From positions 1-58,296 of the forward strand of contig DATEUK010000007.1 in the NCBI GenBank assembly GCA_035283165.1: a stretch of DNA of 58,296 nucleotides, given 5' to 3'. The position numbers and the translations under genes were made by a program. The stretch is from Thermoplasmata archaeon. GTDB taxonomy: Archaea; Thermoplasmatota; Thermoplasmata; RBG-16-68-12; EA-27. Below the pieces are notes generated by a model. It was not told the origin of the DNA. It did no database searches and was given only the letters and a program-made list of their open reading frames with translations. Positions 34,171 to 43,900 of this stretch are shown piece by piece (positions within the stretch are counted from its first letter, which is position 1; each line of letters begins with the position of its first letter).

Positions 34171-35112
34171 ATGGGCGTTGAGGTGGGTGCGCAACGCGTC
34201 GTCGGCACGTGCCTCGCCGTGAAGAAGGGAGAGCGCGTGCTCGTCCTCGCGGACGCGCGGACGCAGTCCATCGGGGCCGCGCTGTTCGATGCCGCGGTCG
34301 CGGCGGAGGCGGAGGCCGTCCTCGCACTCGTCCCCCCGCCCAAGGAGCCGGGCGAGGAGCCGACGGACCCGCTCGCGCGCATGATGGCGGACTGCGACGT
34401 GGTGATCCTCGCGACGTCCCAGAGCATGACCCACACCGCGGCGCGGCGGATGGCGAACCGCGCCGGGGCCCGGATCGCCTCCCTCCCGGGCGTCACGGAG
34501 GAGATGATGGCCGAGGGCGCGCTGACCGCAGACTACGTGGAGATCCAGAAGGCCACCCGGCGACTGGAGCGCCGCCTGCGGAGCGCGAAGTCCGTCCACC
34601 TGACGACCGGGGCGGGCACGGACGTGACCTTCGACGTCACGCGGCGGGACTGGGTCGTGGACGACACGGGCATCTGCCACCGCCGCCAGGAGATGACGAC
34701 GCTCCCTGCGGGGGAGATCTTCGTCGCACCCGTCGAGGGATCGGCGGAGGGACGCCTCGTGATCGACGTCACGTTCCACACCCGCCTCGCCGAGCCCGCG
34801 AGCGTCGTCCTCAAGGAGGGCCACGCGACGAAGGTGACGGGGGCGGCGGGGGCCGTCCAGGAGATGAACCGGGGTGGCCGCGACGGTCGGAACTTCGGCA
34901 AGTTCGGCCTCGGGCTGAACCCGAACGCCCGGATCACCGGAAACGTCCTCGAGTCCGAGAAGGCGCTCGGTGCCGTGCACGTCGTGTTCGGCGACAACGC
35001 CGCCTTTGGGGGGACCGTGCGTTGCGGGATCCGCGTGGACGCGATCCTCACGGGGGCGACCGTCGAGGTCGACGGGAAGACGATCATGGAGCGCGGCGCG
35101 CTCAATGCGTGA
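34171..35112 (+). CDS. M29-like (AmpS/PepS-related) aminopeptidase
   Basis: GERVLVLAD, LPAGEIFVAPVEGSAEGRLVID and GAVHVVFGDN. Confidence 0.7.
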   Translation: MGVEVGAQRVVGTCLAVKKGERVLVLADARTQSIGAALFDAAVAAEAEAVLALVPPPKEPGEEPTDPLARMMADCDVVILATSQSMTHTAARRMANRAGARIASLPGVTEEMMAEGALTADYVEIQKATRRLERRLRSAKSVHLTTGAGTDVTFDVTRRDWVVDDTGICHRRQEMTTLPAGEIFVAPVEGSAEGRLVIDVTFHTRLAEPASVVLKEGHATKVTGAAGAVQEMNRGGRDGRNFGKFGLGLNPNARITGNVLESEKALGAVHVVFGDNAAFGGTVRCGIRVDAILTGATVEVDGKTIMERGALNA

Positions 35113-36136
35113 TCATCGGAACCGTTCGGAAGTGCTCCCATCCGTGCGCGAAGAGCGTCTCCCGCTTGCCGTCGACGACGAGCACGTTCGGGGGGGCGGG
35201 GAGGACGCGGCCGCACACCGTGAGCGCGTGTCGCTTCCCCTGGAACGACTGGACGAGCGCGTCCACCTGGTCCGGCTTCACGGTCGCGACGAGCTCGTAG
35301 TCCCCTCCCCAGTACATCGCGAGCTCCGCCTGCTCCGCGGGCGGGAGTCCGCGGATCTCCTTGAAGGTCGGGAGCTTCGCCCACTCGATCTCGAACCCGA
35401 CCTTGGCGGCGGCGCCCATCTGCGCGAGCGTCGTCCCGAGGCCGTCGGAGATGTCCATGCAGCTCGTGACGACGCCGCTCTCCGCGAACAGCTTCCCCTC
35501 CTCCACGCGCGCGTGGGGACGCATGATCAACTCCGTCGCCCGCGCGACGTCCGTCGCAGAGCGGAGGATCCGGGCGCCCCAGCCCCCGCGCCCGAGGTCC
35601 CCGGTGATGACGACGGCGTCGCCGGCCCTCGCGCCGTTCCGTAGGAGCACGCGGTCCTTCCTAACGCGGCCGAACGCGGTCCCCGCAAGGGCGATCCGGT
35701 CCGCCTCCTTCGTGTCGCCGCCGAGGACCGCGATCCCGAACTCCTTCGTGCACTCGTCCATCCCGCGGCCGAGCTCGCGGAGCCAGTTCACGTCCAGCGA
35801 CCGGGGGAGCGAAAGCGCGGCGACGAACCCGAGCGGGTAGCCGCCCATCGCCGCCACGTCGCTGAGGTTGATCGCGACGAGGAACCACCCGATCTGGAAC
35901 GGCGTCGCGGTCGGCGGCAGGTGGGCGCGCTGGGAGATCACGTCGGTCGTCACGAGGAGATAGTGGTCGCCCCAGTCGATCAGCGCGCAGTCGTCTCCGA
36001 TCCCGAGGGGGAATCCGCGGTCGAAGATCCGCTTTAGGACCTCGATCGCGCCGCGCTCGCCGAGCTCCTCGAGCTTCACGGGCGGTCGCGATGCCGCTGG
36101 GCTATTTACGGGTTCGGTCCGCGACGTCCGTGGCAC
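35102..36136 (-). CDS. thiL: Thiamine-monophosphate kinase (AIR-synthase-related fold)
   Basis: GIGDDCALI, LVTTDVISQRAHL, AINLSDVAAMGG and VLGGDT. The N-terminal start is uncertain (ATG 36136 or a downstream GTG). Confidence 0.8.
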   Translation of the reverse strand: MPRTSRTEPVNSPAASRPPVKLEELGERGAIEVLKRIFDRGFPLGIGDDCALIDWGDHYLLVTTDVISQRAHLPPTATPFQIGWFLVAINLSDVAAMGGYPLGFVAALSLPRSLDVNWLRELGRGMDECTKEFGIAVLGGDTKEADRIALAGTAFGRVRKDRVLLRNGARAGDAVVITGDLGRGGWGARILRSATDVARATELIMRPHARVEEGKLFAESGVVTSCMDISDGLGTTLAQMGAAAKVGFEIEWAKLPTFKEIRGLPPAEQAELAMYWGGDYELVATVKPDQVDALVQSFQGKRHALTVCGRVLPAPPNVLVVDGKRETLFAHGWEHFRTVPMITH

Positions 36137-36158
36137 GCGAACTCGGGCACGGTCAAAG

Positions 36159-36231
36159 TGCGTGGACCGGGATTCGGACCCGGGCTACAAGCTTGGCAAG
36201 CTTGTGTCCTACCAGGCTAGACTATCCACGC
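36159..36231 (-). tRNA. tRNA-Gly (GCC)
   Basis: Hand fold of GCGTGGATAGTCTAGCCTGGTAGGACACAAGCTTGCCAAGCTTGTAGCCCGGGTCCGAATCCCGGTCCACGCA. It has a 7-bp acceptor stem and anticodon loop TTGCCAA. 73 nt. Confidence 0.9.
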
Positions 36232-36274
36232 GCGAGCCGTGCGAAAGAAGAGGTCTCATTAAAGGGTTGCGACC

Positions 36275-38491
36275 CTATCGATGCGAAAGCACGCTGTAGT
36301 ATCGTTCGTCCTTCACCGTCTTCTCGAGCGAGCCGAAGATCGGGAGCTTGTAGTCGCATGACTTGCACCGGTTGTCCTTCGTCAGGTTCCATCCGGTGAT
36401 GTCGAACCCGTACCGGCGGATCGCGATCGTCCCGCACCCCGGGCAATACGTGTGCTCGAGCGGGTGACCGGGCACGTTTCCGATGTACACGTACCGGAGC
36501 CCGACCTCCTTCGCGACCGCGCAGTGCTTCTCGAGCGTCTCGACGGGCGTCCACGGGAACTCCATCATCTTGTAATCCGGGTGGAACCGCAGGAAGTGGA
36601 TCGGCGTGTCCGGTCCCAGCTCGTCGTACACGAACTTGGACAACGTCCGGGCGGCGTCGAGGTTGTCGCCGACCTGGGGCACGATGAGGTCCGTGATCTC
36701 CGTGTGGATCTTCGTCCGGTCCCGGATGTCCTTCAGGGTCTGGAAGATCGGGTCCGCGTTCGGGATCGAGATGTACTTCCGCACGAACTGCGTTTCGCCA
36801 GAACCCTTGAAGTCGACCGTGATGCAGTCGAGGAACGGCTTCATCTGCTCGACGACCTCCGGCGTGTCGTACCCGTTCGAGACGAAGATGTTGATGAGCC
36901 CGGCCTTCCGCGCGAGGACGCCGATGTCCCGCGCGAACTCGATGAAGATCGTCGGCTGGTTGTACGTGTACGCGAGGCCCTGACAGCCTTGGTCGAGGGT
37001 CATGCGGACGATGTCCTCCGGCTGCGCATCGATGCCCTCGATCTTCCGTCGCTGGGAAATGTCGTAGTTCTGGCAGTTCGCAACCGCCAGGAAATTGGCG
37101 GTGTAGCTGTGGTCGTCATCGACCTCGATGTTGTAGACCGGGCCCACGTAAGTCTTCGTCCGAATGTCCCTGATGGGCGCGAAGATGTGGTCCTCCGTGG
37201 CATACCGCTCCATCGCGTGGGAAACGACTTGCGTTTGCAGACCTCCGCTAGAGCCGAGAGCAATCGCCTCCTCCAGCGAACCCCAGTGTGCGATCCATCC
37301 AGGCATGGCCGTTGCTTCGCTCGGAGTCCTGGGCCGGGGAATCACAAGGCAGTCGCCGGCGCTAAGGGATTCTGCCCGAACTTCGGTGACGGCCGCTCCC
37401 TTGATTGACGCGTACACGTTGTGATCGGGGGTGCACTCCAGCGCGCCCATCCCCGCCAGCCGAATTTCCAAGGCAGGGCCCGAGTAGAAGTGCTCGAACG
37501 CCTGGACGATTCGCCGCCATCGCCTCTTGTGGGTGAAGGCCATTCGCCCGTCGGCGCCGCGAACTTCCGGATTCAGGGAGGGCGGCGAAGAAGCGAAGAT
37601 TCGCTCGATTCTTTCCTGGCCCCGATCCGTCAGCACCTTCGTGCCCGGGAGGAAACAATATCGACAGTTGTGCACGACGACATCCGCGGCGACGTAGTTG
37701 TGAAACGGAACGCATTCGAAGCTATAGACCCGTTCTCGGGAACCTTCGGGCGAAACGCGTAGGACGCTCGACCATCCGAAGGTCGGCAAATTGAGTTCTT
37801 GGTACAAGAGATCCAGGAACCTGGAAGTCTCGACCGGGTGAGCGCTCGGACCGTGCGGGGGCAGCAGGATGCGTCCAGCATGCGCGGGTCTTGAAGCGAG
37901 ACCCTCGTGGACTAGGACGCGATCGCCAGCACTGAGCCCTGAAATGGTCTTCCAACCTTCGGCCGTCAACACCGGGTGTTCGGCCGTCCCGAAGAGCGGC
38001 TCGCGAAGACGTTCGATCGAAACGCGGTATACGGGGGCCTTTCGAGCGCCCGCCAGGGTCACGACGTCGGGGATCGCGCGGCCCCGGGTGCCCGTTGACC
38101 AAAGGGCATCACCCGGCGCGATCTCCTCGACAGGCCTCGTTGTCCCGTCCATCATGAGTATTTGTGTCCCCGCGGGATGGCACAGCCAATTGCACCCGGT
38201 CGTCGCAATGCTGAAGATCTTCGACCCCGGCCGGTAGTGCGTCACCGGCTTCTTCTCGATCGGGTCGACGTGACCGGTGATCACCTTCCCGTACGTGTAC
38301 AGCCACAACTTCCCTTGATGGACGCCGCGGATTCCGCAGAGGCCGACCTGCCCCTCGCCGATCTTGCAGTACCGTGCGCACGCGGTGCACACGATCCGGC
38401 CGGACTCCGTGGGCTTCCACAGCTCCGCGACCTTGCCCATCGCGTGGCCCGGCGCCTCGCGGACGTCGAGCGGTTCCCTCTGGGGCAGCAC
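36275..38491 (-). CDS. Radical-SAM enzyme (AmmeMemoRadiSam / PflA-like family) interrupted by two mini-inteins
   Basis: The N-terminal Cys-rich region is [20 protein letters not shown]. The spliced motif is [16 protein letters not shown]. The C-terminal part reads GYDTPEV...[10 protein letters not shown]...CPGCG...CKSCDY. The start is ambiguous: GTG 38491 (23 nt after the TATA box), ATG 38440 or ATG 38560. Confidence 0.88.
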   Translation of the reverse strand: MLPQREPLDVREAPGHAMGKVAELWKPTESGRIVCTACARYCKIGEGQVGLCGIRGVHQGKLWLYTYGKVITGHVDPIEKKPVTHYRPGSKIFSIATTGCNWLCHPAGTQILMMDGTTRPVEEIAPGDALWSTGTRGRAIPDVVTLAGARKAPVYRVSIERLREPLFGTAEHPVLTAEGWKTISGLSAGDRVLVHEGLASRPAHAGRILLPPHGPSAHPVETSRFLDLLYQELNLPTFGWSSVLRVSPEGSRERVYSFECVPFHNYVAADVVVHNCRYCFLPGTKVLTDRGQERIERIFASSPPSLNPEVRGADGRMAFTHKRRWRRIVQAFEHFYSGPALEIRLAGMGALECTPDHNVYASIKGAAVTEVRAESLSAGDCLVIPRPRTPSEATAMPGWIAHWGSLEEAIALGSSGGLQTQVVSHAMERYATEDHIFAPIRDIRTKTYVGPVYNIEVDDDHSYTANFLAVANCQNYDISQRRKIEGIDAQPEDIVRMTLDQGCQGLAYTYNQPTIFIEFARDIGVLARKAGLINIFVSNGYDTPEVVEQMKPFLDCITVDFKGSGETQFVRKYISIPNADPIFQTLKDIRDRTKIHTEITDLIVPQVGDNLDAARTLSKFVYDELGPDTPIHFLRFHPDYKMMEFPWTPVETLEKHCAVAKEVGLRYVYIGNVPGHPLEHTYCPGCGTIAIRRYGFDITGWNLTKDNRCKSCDYKLPIFGSLEKTVKDERYYSVLSHR
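37076..37657 (-). mobile_element. Mini-intein 2 (194 aa) inserted before the third Cys of CX3CX2C
   Basis: [13 protein letters not shown]...[11 protein letters not shown] (TxxH)...[21 protein letters not shown], followed by +1 Cys. The penultimate residue is Ala rather than His. Confidence 0.85.
37667..38182 (-). mobile_element. Mini-intein 1 (172 aa) inserted before the second Cys of CX3CX2C
   Basis: [13 protein letters not shown]...[10 protein letters not shown] (TxxH)...[21 protein letters not shown], followed by +1 Cys. No endonuclease domain. Confidence 0.88.
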
Positions 38492-38513
38492 GGGTTCACG
38501 AGCCGCTCCGGCG

Positions 38514-38522
38514 CTATAAAGG
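38514..38522. promoter_or_regulatory. TATA element in the divergent region between the radical-SAM gene and the 428-aa gene
   Basis: CTATAAAGG on plus, CCTTTATAG on minus. On the minus side GTG 38491 follows after 23 nt. Confidence 0.35.
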
Positions 38523-38586
38523 AAACGCCCTGACTCTCGCGGACGCACGCGAAGGTTCATTCGAAGCGTGCGGCTTCCGCCGCAGG

Positions 38587-39873
38587 ATGCCTTCCCGGGC
38601 CGCGCAGGTCACGGACGTCCCAGGAGTCGAGGACGCCCTCGCCACCGGCGATCCTCGGCGGTGCGCCCGGGCGATCGCAGAGATCCTCCGATCCGGAGCG
38701 GACCGACGGGAGGTCGCCCGCACGGCCGGCCTCGCCGCCGCACGACACTTCGACGTCGGACTTCCGCCGCCACATGCGCTCCTTGCCCTGTCCGCGGCGC
38801 TGGACCTTGCCCCCGCATCCGAGCCGCCGGAGCTCCCGATCGTTCAGGCGTGCGCGCTCGCCGCGTCCGAATGGCGGCCGGGGACCCTTTCGGCCACCGC
38901 CCAGACGGTGTCCGGGGATGAACTCCATCTCGGCCTCTCCTTTCGTTCCGCGGTCCGCGCGATGGACTCCCATGAGGCGGATGGGATCTTCTCCGGCCTC
39001 CTTCGGGAGGGGGAGGAGCGACGCTTGGCGGGGGACGTGCTCTTCGAGGTGTGTGAGGCGGACGTCGCAGGGCAGGGTCACAAGCTCACGTTGGCGGTCG
39101 GCGCGTGGCGGTTGGCCCGAGCGTTGGGCTGGTCGCGCGGCCCGGTCCTCCTGCGACCCGTGGTCCACCTCGCCGCAGGCGCGACGCAGGACCTTGCGGA
39201 ATTCGCCGCGGTCCTTCGTGAGGTCGGCCGCGCTCGGATGGATTTCGACCTCGCGGCGCGGAACGTGGCGCCGATCGACGCGGTCGCGCAGAACACGTTC
39301 GACATCGCGTTGAGAGTCGGGCCTGACCGGCTCGTCGCAGACGTGATCCACGGCCTGAAGCGCGGCCGCTCCGGTTCAGGGTATGCGGATCTCCTCGCTG
39401 CGACCGCCTCTCAACAACTGATCGGGAATCCTGCGGCGCTCGAACCCGCGTTGTTCTGCCTCGCGGCACGGTTCGTCCTCGGGTTCTCGCGGACGCCGAC
39501 CCACCTCCAGGCGCTCCTCTTGGCGGCGCGGATCGTCGCGCAGGTCGTCGAGGGGTCGGTCCCGGCGCCGGCGCGGATCGCGGATGCGGACGGAGGACTT
39601 CGCGACCTGGCGGAGGCGATCCGAGGGGGCGACGGGCGGGGAGCGGCCGGCCTCGCCCTCGGTCTCGTGGACGCGGATCACGCGGAGGCGCTCGCGGGAC
39701 GGCTCGTGCGGGAAGCCGTGCGGGAGGACGCCCACGCGGACGGCGGACACCGTCTCCTGTACGCCTCGTGGGCGGCGGAATTCGCCCGCATCGTACCGGG
39801 ACCGGCGCTCGCGTCGTTGGCGGCCCTCCTCGCACGCACCCCCACGTCGCGGAGCGTGGCGGGAGTCCTCTAG
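38587..39873 (+). CDS. Hypothetical all-alpha, Ala/Leu/Arg-rich protein (428 aa)
   Basis: ATG 38587 lies inside track ORF 38374..39873. Composition is consistent across the ORF and no family motif was recognised. The antisense ORFs here are R/P/G shadow-type. Confidence 0.55.
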   Translation: MPSRAAQVTDVPGVEDALATGDPRRCARAIAEILRSGADRREVARTAGLAAARHFDVGLPPPHALLALSAALDLAPASEPPELPIVQACALAASEWRPGTLSATAQTVSGDELHLGLSFRSAVRAMDSHEADGIFSGLLREGEERRLAGDVLFEVCEADVAGQGHKLTLAVGAWRLARALGWSRGPVLLRPVVHLAAGATQDLAEFAAVLREVGRARMDFDLAARNVAPIDAVAQNTFDIALRVGPDRLVADVIHGLKRGRSGSGYADLLAATASQQLIGNPAALEPALFCLAARFVLGFSRTPTHLQALLLAARIVAQVVEGSVPAPARIADADGGLRDLAEAIRGGDGRGAAGLALGLVDADHAEALAGRLVREAVREDAHADGGHRLLYASWAAEFARIVPGPALASLAALLARTPTSRSVAGVL

Positions 39874-40844
39874 GAGCCCTTCCGCAGTTCTTGGCCGAAG
39901 AGCACGAACCGCGCGAGGAGGCTCTCGAGCTGGATCCGCTCGTTGCTCCCCTCGACGAGCCGGAACTCCGCCTCTCCCACGACGTCCACGAGGCGCACGC
40001 GGAAGTCCTCCGGAAGCGACGTGTCGAGGATGATCCGGTGGATCTGCCGGAGGATGTCCTCGCCCGCCAGGCCGTACTCGATGAGCAGGTTGTCAAGGAC
40101 GTCCCGCGCCCGGAGGAATTCGCCGCCGAGAGCCGTCTCGATGAGCTTCTTCACCTCCTCCGGCCGCGCGGTGCTCGCGGTCTTGTACAGGACGTCCTCG
40201 TCGATCTCGTTGGAGACGGACGCCCCGACCTGCAACGCGTTCACGGCCTTCCGCATGTCCCCGCCCGCGATGTACACGAGCGCCTCGAACGCCCGGTCCG
40301 TGACGTTGAGGCCCTCCCCGTTCGCGATCCGGAGGAGGTATGCACGGATCGCCTCCGGCTTCAGGGGCCGGAACCGGAACACCGCCGTGCGGCTCTGGAT
40401 CGGCTCGATGAGCCGGCTCGAGTAGTTCGCGCTCAGGACGAAGCGGCTCGTCCGCGTGAACATCTCCATCGTCCGCCGGAGGGCGGCCTGCGCGTCGCCG
40501 GTCAGGTGGTCGCACTCGTCGAGGAAGATGATGTTGAAGCCGCCGCCCATCGGCGCCATCCGCGCGTACTCCTTGATCTTGTTCCGCACGACGTCGATGC
40601 CGCGCTCGTCGCTGCTGTTCAGCTCGAAGAAGTTCGACCGCCACGCCTCCCCGAACAGTTCCCGGGCGAGGGCGATCGCGCACGTCGTCTTCCCGGTGCC
40701 GGGGGGGCCCGCGAAGAGGAGGTGGGGCAGGTTCCCGGTCCTCACGTACGCCTTCAACCGCTCGACGATCTCATCCTGGCCGACGACCTCGTCGAGGGTC
40801 CTCGGGCGGTACTTCTCGAGCCAGATCTGCTTCATTTCCCCCAT
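39870..40844 (-). CDS. rfcS: Replication factor C small subunit (intein-free)
   Basis: WLEKYRP, GPPGTGKT, IIFLDECD, SANYSSRLIEPIQSRTAVFRF and GDMRKAVNALQ. Confidence 0.96.
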   Translation of the reverse strand: MGEMKQIWLEKYRPRTLDEVVGQDEIVERLKAYVRTGNLPHLLFAGPPGTGKTTCAIALARELFGEAWRSNFFELNSSDERGIDVVRNKIKEYARMAPMGGGFNIIFLDECDHLTGDAQAALRRTMEMFTRTSRFVLSANYSSRLIEPIQSRTAVFRFRPLKPEAIRAYLLRIANGEGLNVTDRAFEALVYIAGGDMRKAVNALQVGASVSNEIDEDVLYKTASTARPEEVKKLIETALGGEFLRARDVLDNLLIEYGLAGEDILRQIHRIILDTSLPEDFRVRLVDVVGEAEFRLVEGSNERIQLESLLARFVLFGQELRKGS

Positions 40845-40987
40845 GAACCACGCCGGCGGCGCGGCATCCCGGGGAACGGGGATAAAGGTTTGCGGCGGCG
40901 TAGTGCAGGCGGCGACGGCGGGTGCAGGGGCTCTGAAACTCCTCGATGGGGCGTGGAAGGGACCGGCGGGGCCCGGCGCTCCGTGGG

Positions 40988-43900
40988 CTACAACTCGGGC
41001 TCGTCCTCGCGCGGCTTCGGTTCCACCGCAACCCCATCTCTCGGCTCGGCCCCTATCCCCGCGTCCTCGATCTCTTCCCTCGTGCCGACTTCCACTTCAT
41101 CCTCGGGCTTCTTCCGTCGTCGCCAGGCCGCGAGAACGAACAGGCCAAAGAGCACCAGGATTGCGAGGATCACGACGATGAGGAGAACGGTCTCGACTCG
41201 CGTCAGAGGGTTGGCGGGCTCGACGACGATGGTTACGGTGTCCGATGCAGACGCGTCCGTGCCGTCGCTCACGATCAGGGAGAACACGTACGTTCCGGCG
41301 GCGGTCGCGGCGAACGCGGGGGTCGCGCTGTTCGCGTTCGTGAGGGTCACGCTCGGCGGCCCGCTGATCCCCGTCCACGTGTACGTGAGTGGGTCGCCGT
41401 CGGGATCGGAGCTGAGCGTTCCATCCAGGGTCACGAGCGCGCCCACGATGACGGTCCGCTGGTCCGGCCCGGCGTTCGCGGTCGGAGGTCGGTTCATTGC
41501 GCCCACGGCGACCGTGTCCTGCGAAAGCCCGCCGTTGTCGTCCATGACGTCGACCCGAAACGTGTAGACACCGCTCGTTGGCGGCGTGAACGTGGGCGTC
41601 GCGGTGTTCGGGCCCGTCAGCGAGACCGCCAGTCCGGAGACCTGAAACCACGCGAAGCTCAGCGTGTCTGGGTCCGGGTCCGAGGAGAGGCTGGCGTCGA
41701 GCGTGACAAGGCTCCTCTTGAGCACGTCTTGATCCTGTCCAGCGTTCGCGATCGGCGGGCGGTTCCCGACCCCGATCGTGAGAGTGTCCGTGTCGAATTG
41801 GTCGATCGCGTCCCAGACCGTCAGGGTGACCGTGAACGTGGCCCGCGTGGCGTACAGGTGCGTGGCCGTCTCCGTGGTCGCGGTGTCGCCGTCCCCGAAG
41901 TCCCACCGCCACGCGACGATCCCCTGGTCGTCCGCCGACGCGGAGCCGTCGAAAGAGAAGGTCGTTGCGAGCGTGCCCGTCTGGTCGGGCCCTGCGTCGG
42001 CATCTGGCGGGAGGTCGACCGTGATCGTCACGGAGAGCGTCGCGTCGTCCGTGCTCCCTTCGTCGTCCGTCACCGTGAGCGTCGCCACGTACGTGCCGGC
42101 GGCGGCGTACGCGTGCGCGGCGGTCGTCGGCGGCCCGCCCCCGTTCGCGGAGTTCCCGTCCCCGAAGGCCAGCGTCCACGAGGCGATCGTGCCGTCGGGA
42201 TCCGTGGACACGGAACCGTCGAACGTGATCGTCTGTCCGGTCAACGCGCTCAGCCGGTCCGCGGTGAGGTCCGCGACCGGGGCCATGTTCCAGACGTCCA
42301 CCGCCACGTCGTCCGTGTCCGTCCCGCCGTCGAGGTCGTCCACCGCGAGGCGGAGCATGTAGAGGCCAGCGATCGTCGGGGTGAACGTCGCCGTCGCGGC
42401 GTTCGGATTCGCAAGGATTATCACAATCGGCCCGCCGATCTGCGTCCAAGAGAAGGACAGCGGGTCGCCGTCGGGATCAGCGGACCCGGTGCCGTCCAGC
42501 GTGACGACGACCCCCTTCAGGAAGCCCGCCTGGTCCGGGCCCGCGTTCGCGATCGGCGGTCGGTTCACCACGTTGATCGTAAGCGCGTCCGTGTCGTTCT
42601 GATTGAAGGCGTCCCAGACGGTCAGGGTGACCACGAAAATGCTTCTCGTAGCATAGGTGTGCGCGGCTACCTGCGTGGTCGCCGTGCTCCCGTCTCCGAA
42701 ATCCCACAGCCAGCGGACGACCCCGTGGTCGTCCGTCGAGGCGGACGCGTCGAAGCTGAACAGTGTGGCCAGGGTCCCCGTCGTCCCCGGGGTCACCGCA
42801 GCCACCGCGGTGGGCGGGTCGTCTACGAAGACCGTCACGAGAACGGTCGCGGTGTCGGAGGCCCCCTCGTCGTCCCAGACCGTGACGTTGACCGCGTAGG
42901 TGCCCGCGGCGGCCCACGCGTGCGGGACGAGGGAGGTCGTGACGTTTCCCGAGCCGCTGCCGTCCCCGAAGGTGAAGTTGTACTGCACGATCGTGCCGTC
43001 GCCGTCCACCGATCCGCGCGCGTCGACATCGGCGAGGGCGCCGGTCTGCAAGGGGTTCGGGGTCACGGTCAGGTTCCCCGTCGGCGCGGCGTTCGCGACG
43101 CTGACGGACACGGAGTCGCTCACGTTCGTGCCCTCGGGGTCGTAGACAAAGAGGTCGAAGGTGTAGATTCCGGCGCCCGCAGTCGTGAAATTCGTGATCG
43201 CCGCAAACGGCGTCGTAAGGGTCACGCGACTTGGGCCGCCGGTCTGCCACCAGAAGTAGGTGATCGGCTCAGCGTCGGGGTCCGAGCTGTTCGAGCCGTT
43301 GAGCGTCACGTTGGAGAACTTCGCCGCGTTCTGATCGGGGCCCGCATCTGCGACCGGGGGTCGGTTCGCGACCGTGACGTTCGTGCCGTCCGTCTCGTTC
43401 GTCCCGAGCGGGTCCGTGACTCTCAGGGAGAATATATAGACACCCGAGGCGAACGCCCCGTTCGAGGCCGTGAACGAGGCGATGGCGGTGTCGGGACCGT
43501 TCAGGGTCACGGGCTGGGGGCCCGCGGTCTGCGTCCAATTGTACGCGAGCAGGTCCCCGTCCGGGTCCACGCTCGCCGAGCCGTCGAGGGCCACGAGGGC
43601 GTTCTCGAACGTCATCTGGTCGGGCCCGGCGTCCGCAATCGGGCCCTGGTTCAGGATGACAACGTCGATCCAGTCGGAGTCGGATTCGGTCCGGTTATCT
43701 GTGACCGTGAGGTTGAACGTGTACGTCCCGACCATCGTCGGCACGACGGAGGCGACGCTCGTGTCCGCGTCGGGGATCGGGAGGAGATTCGGGCCGGCCA
43801 CCTGCGTCCAGTTGAAGGTGATCGGGTCGCCATCCGGGTCGAAGCTCGCGCTCCCGTCCAGCGTGACCGTCGCGTTGCGCACAGACATCTGGTCCGGCCC

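Noticed and set aside
36275-39873. Search for AMMECR1 and Memo-like partners of the AmmeMemoRadiSam-type radical-SAM gene.
   Set aside because: Neither flanking gene (tRNA-Gly/ThiL on one side, the 428-aa all-alpha protein on the other) shows AMMECR1 or Memo motifs. The family assignment of the radical-SAM enzyme therefore rests on its own sequence only.
39870-40844. A possible intein in RFC small subunit, which is a classic intein hotspot.
   Set aside because: The ORF is 324 aa with an uninterrupted GPPGTGKT P-loop and normal length, so there is no insertion.
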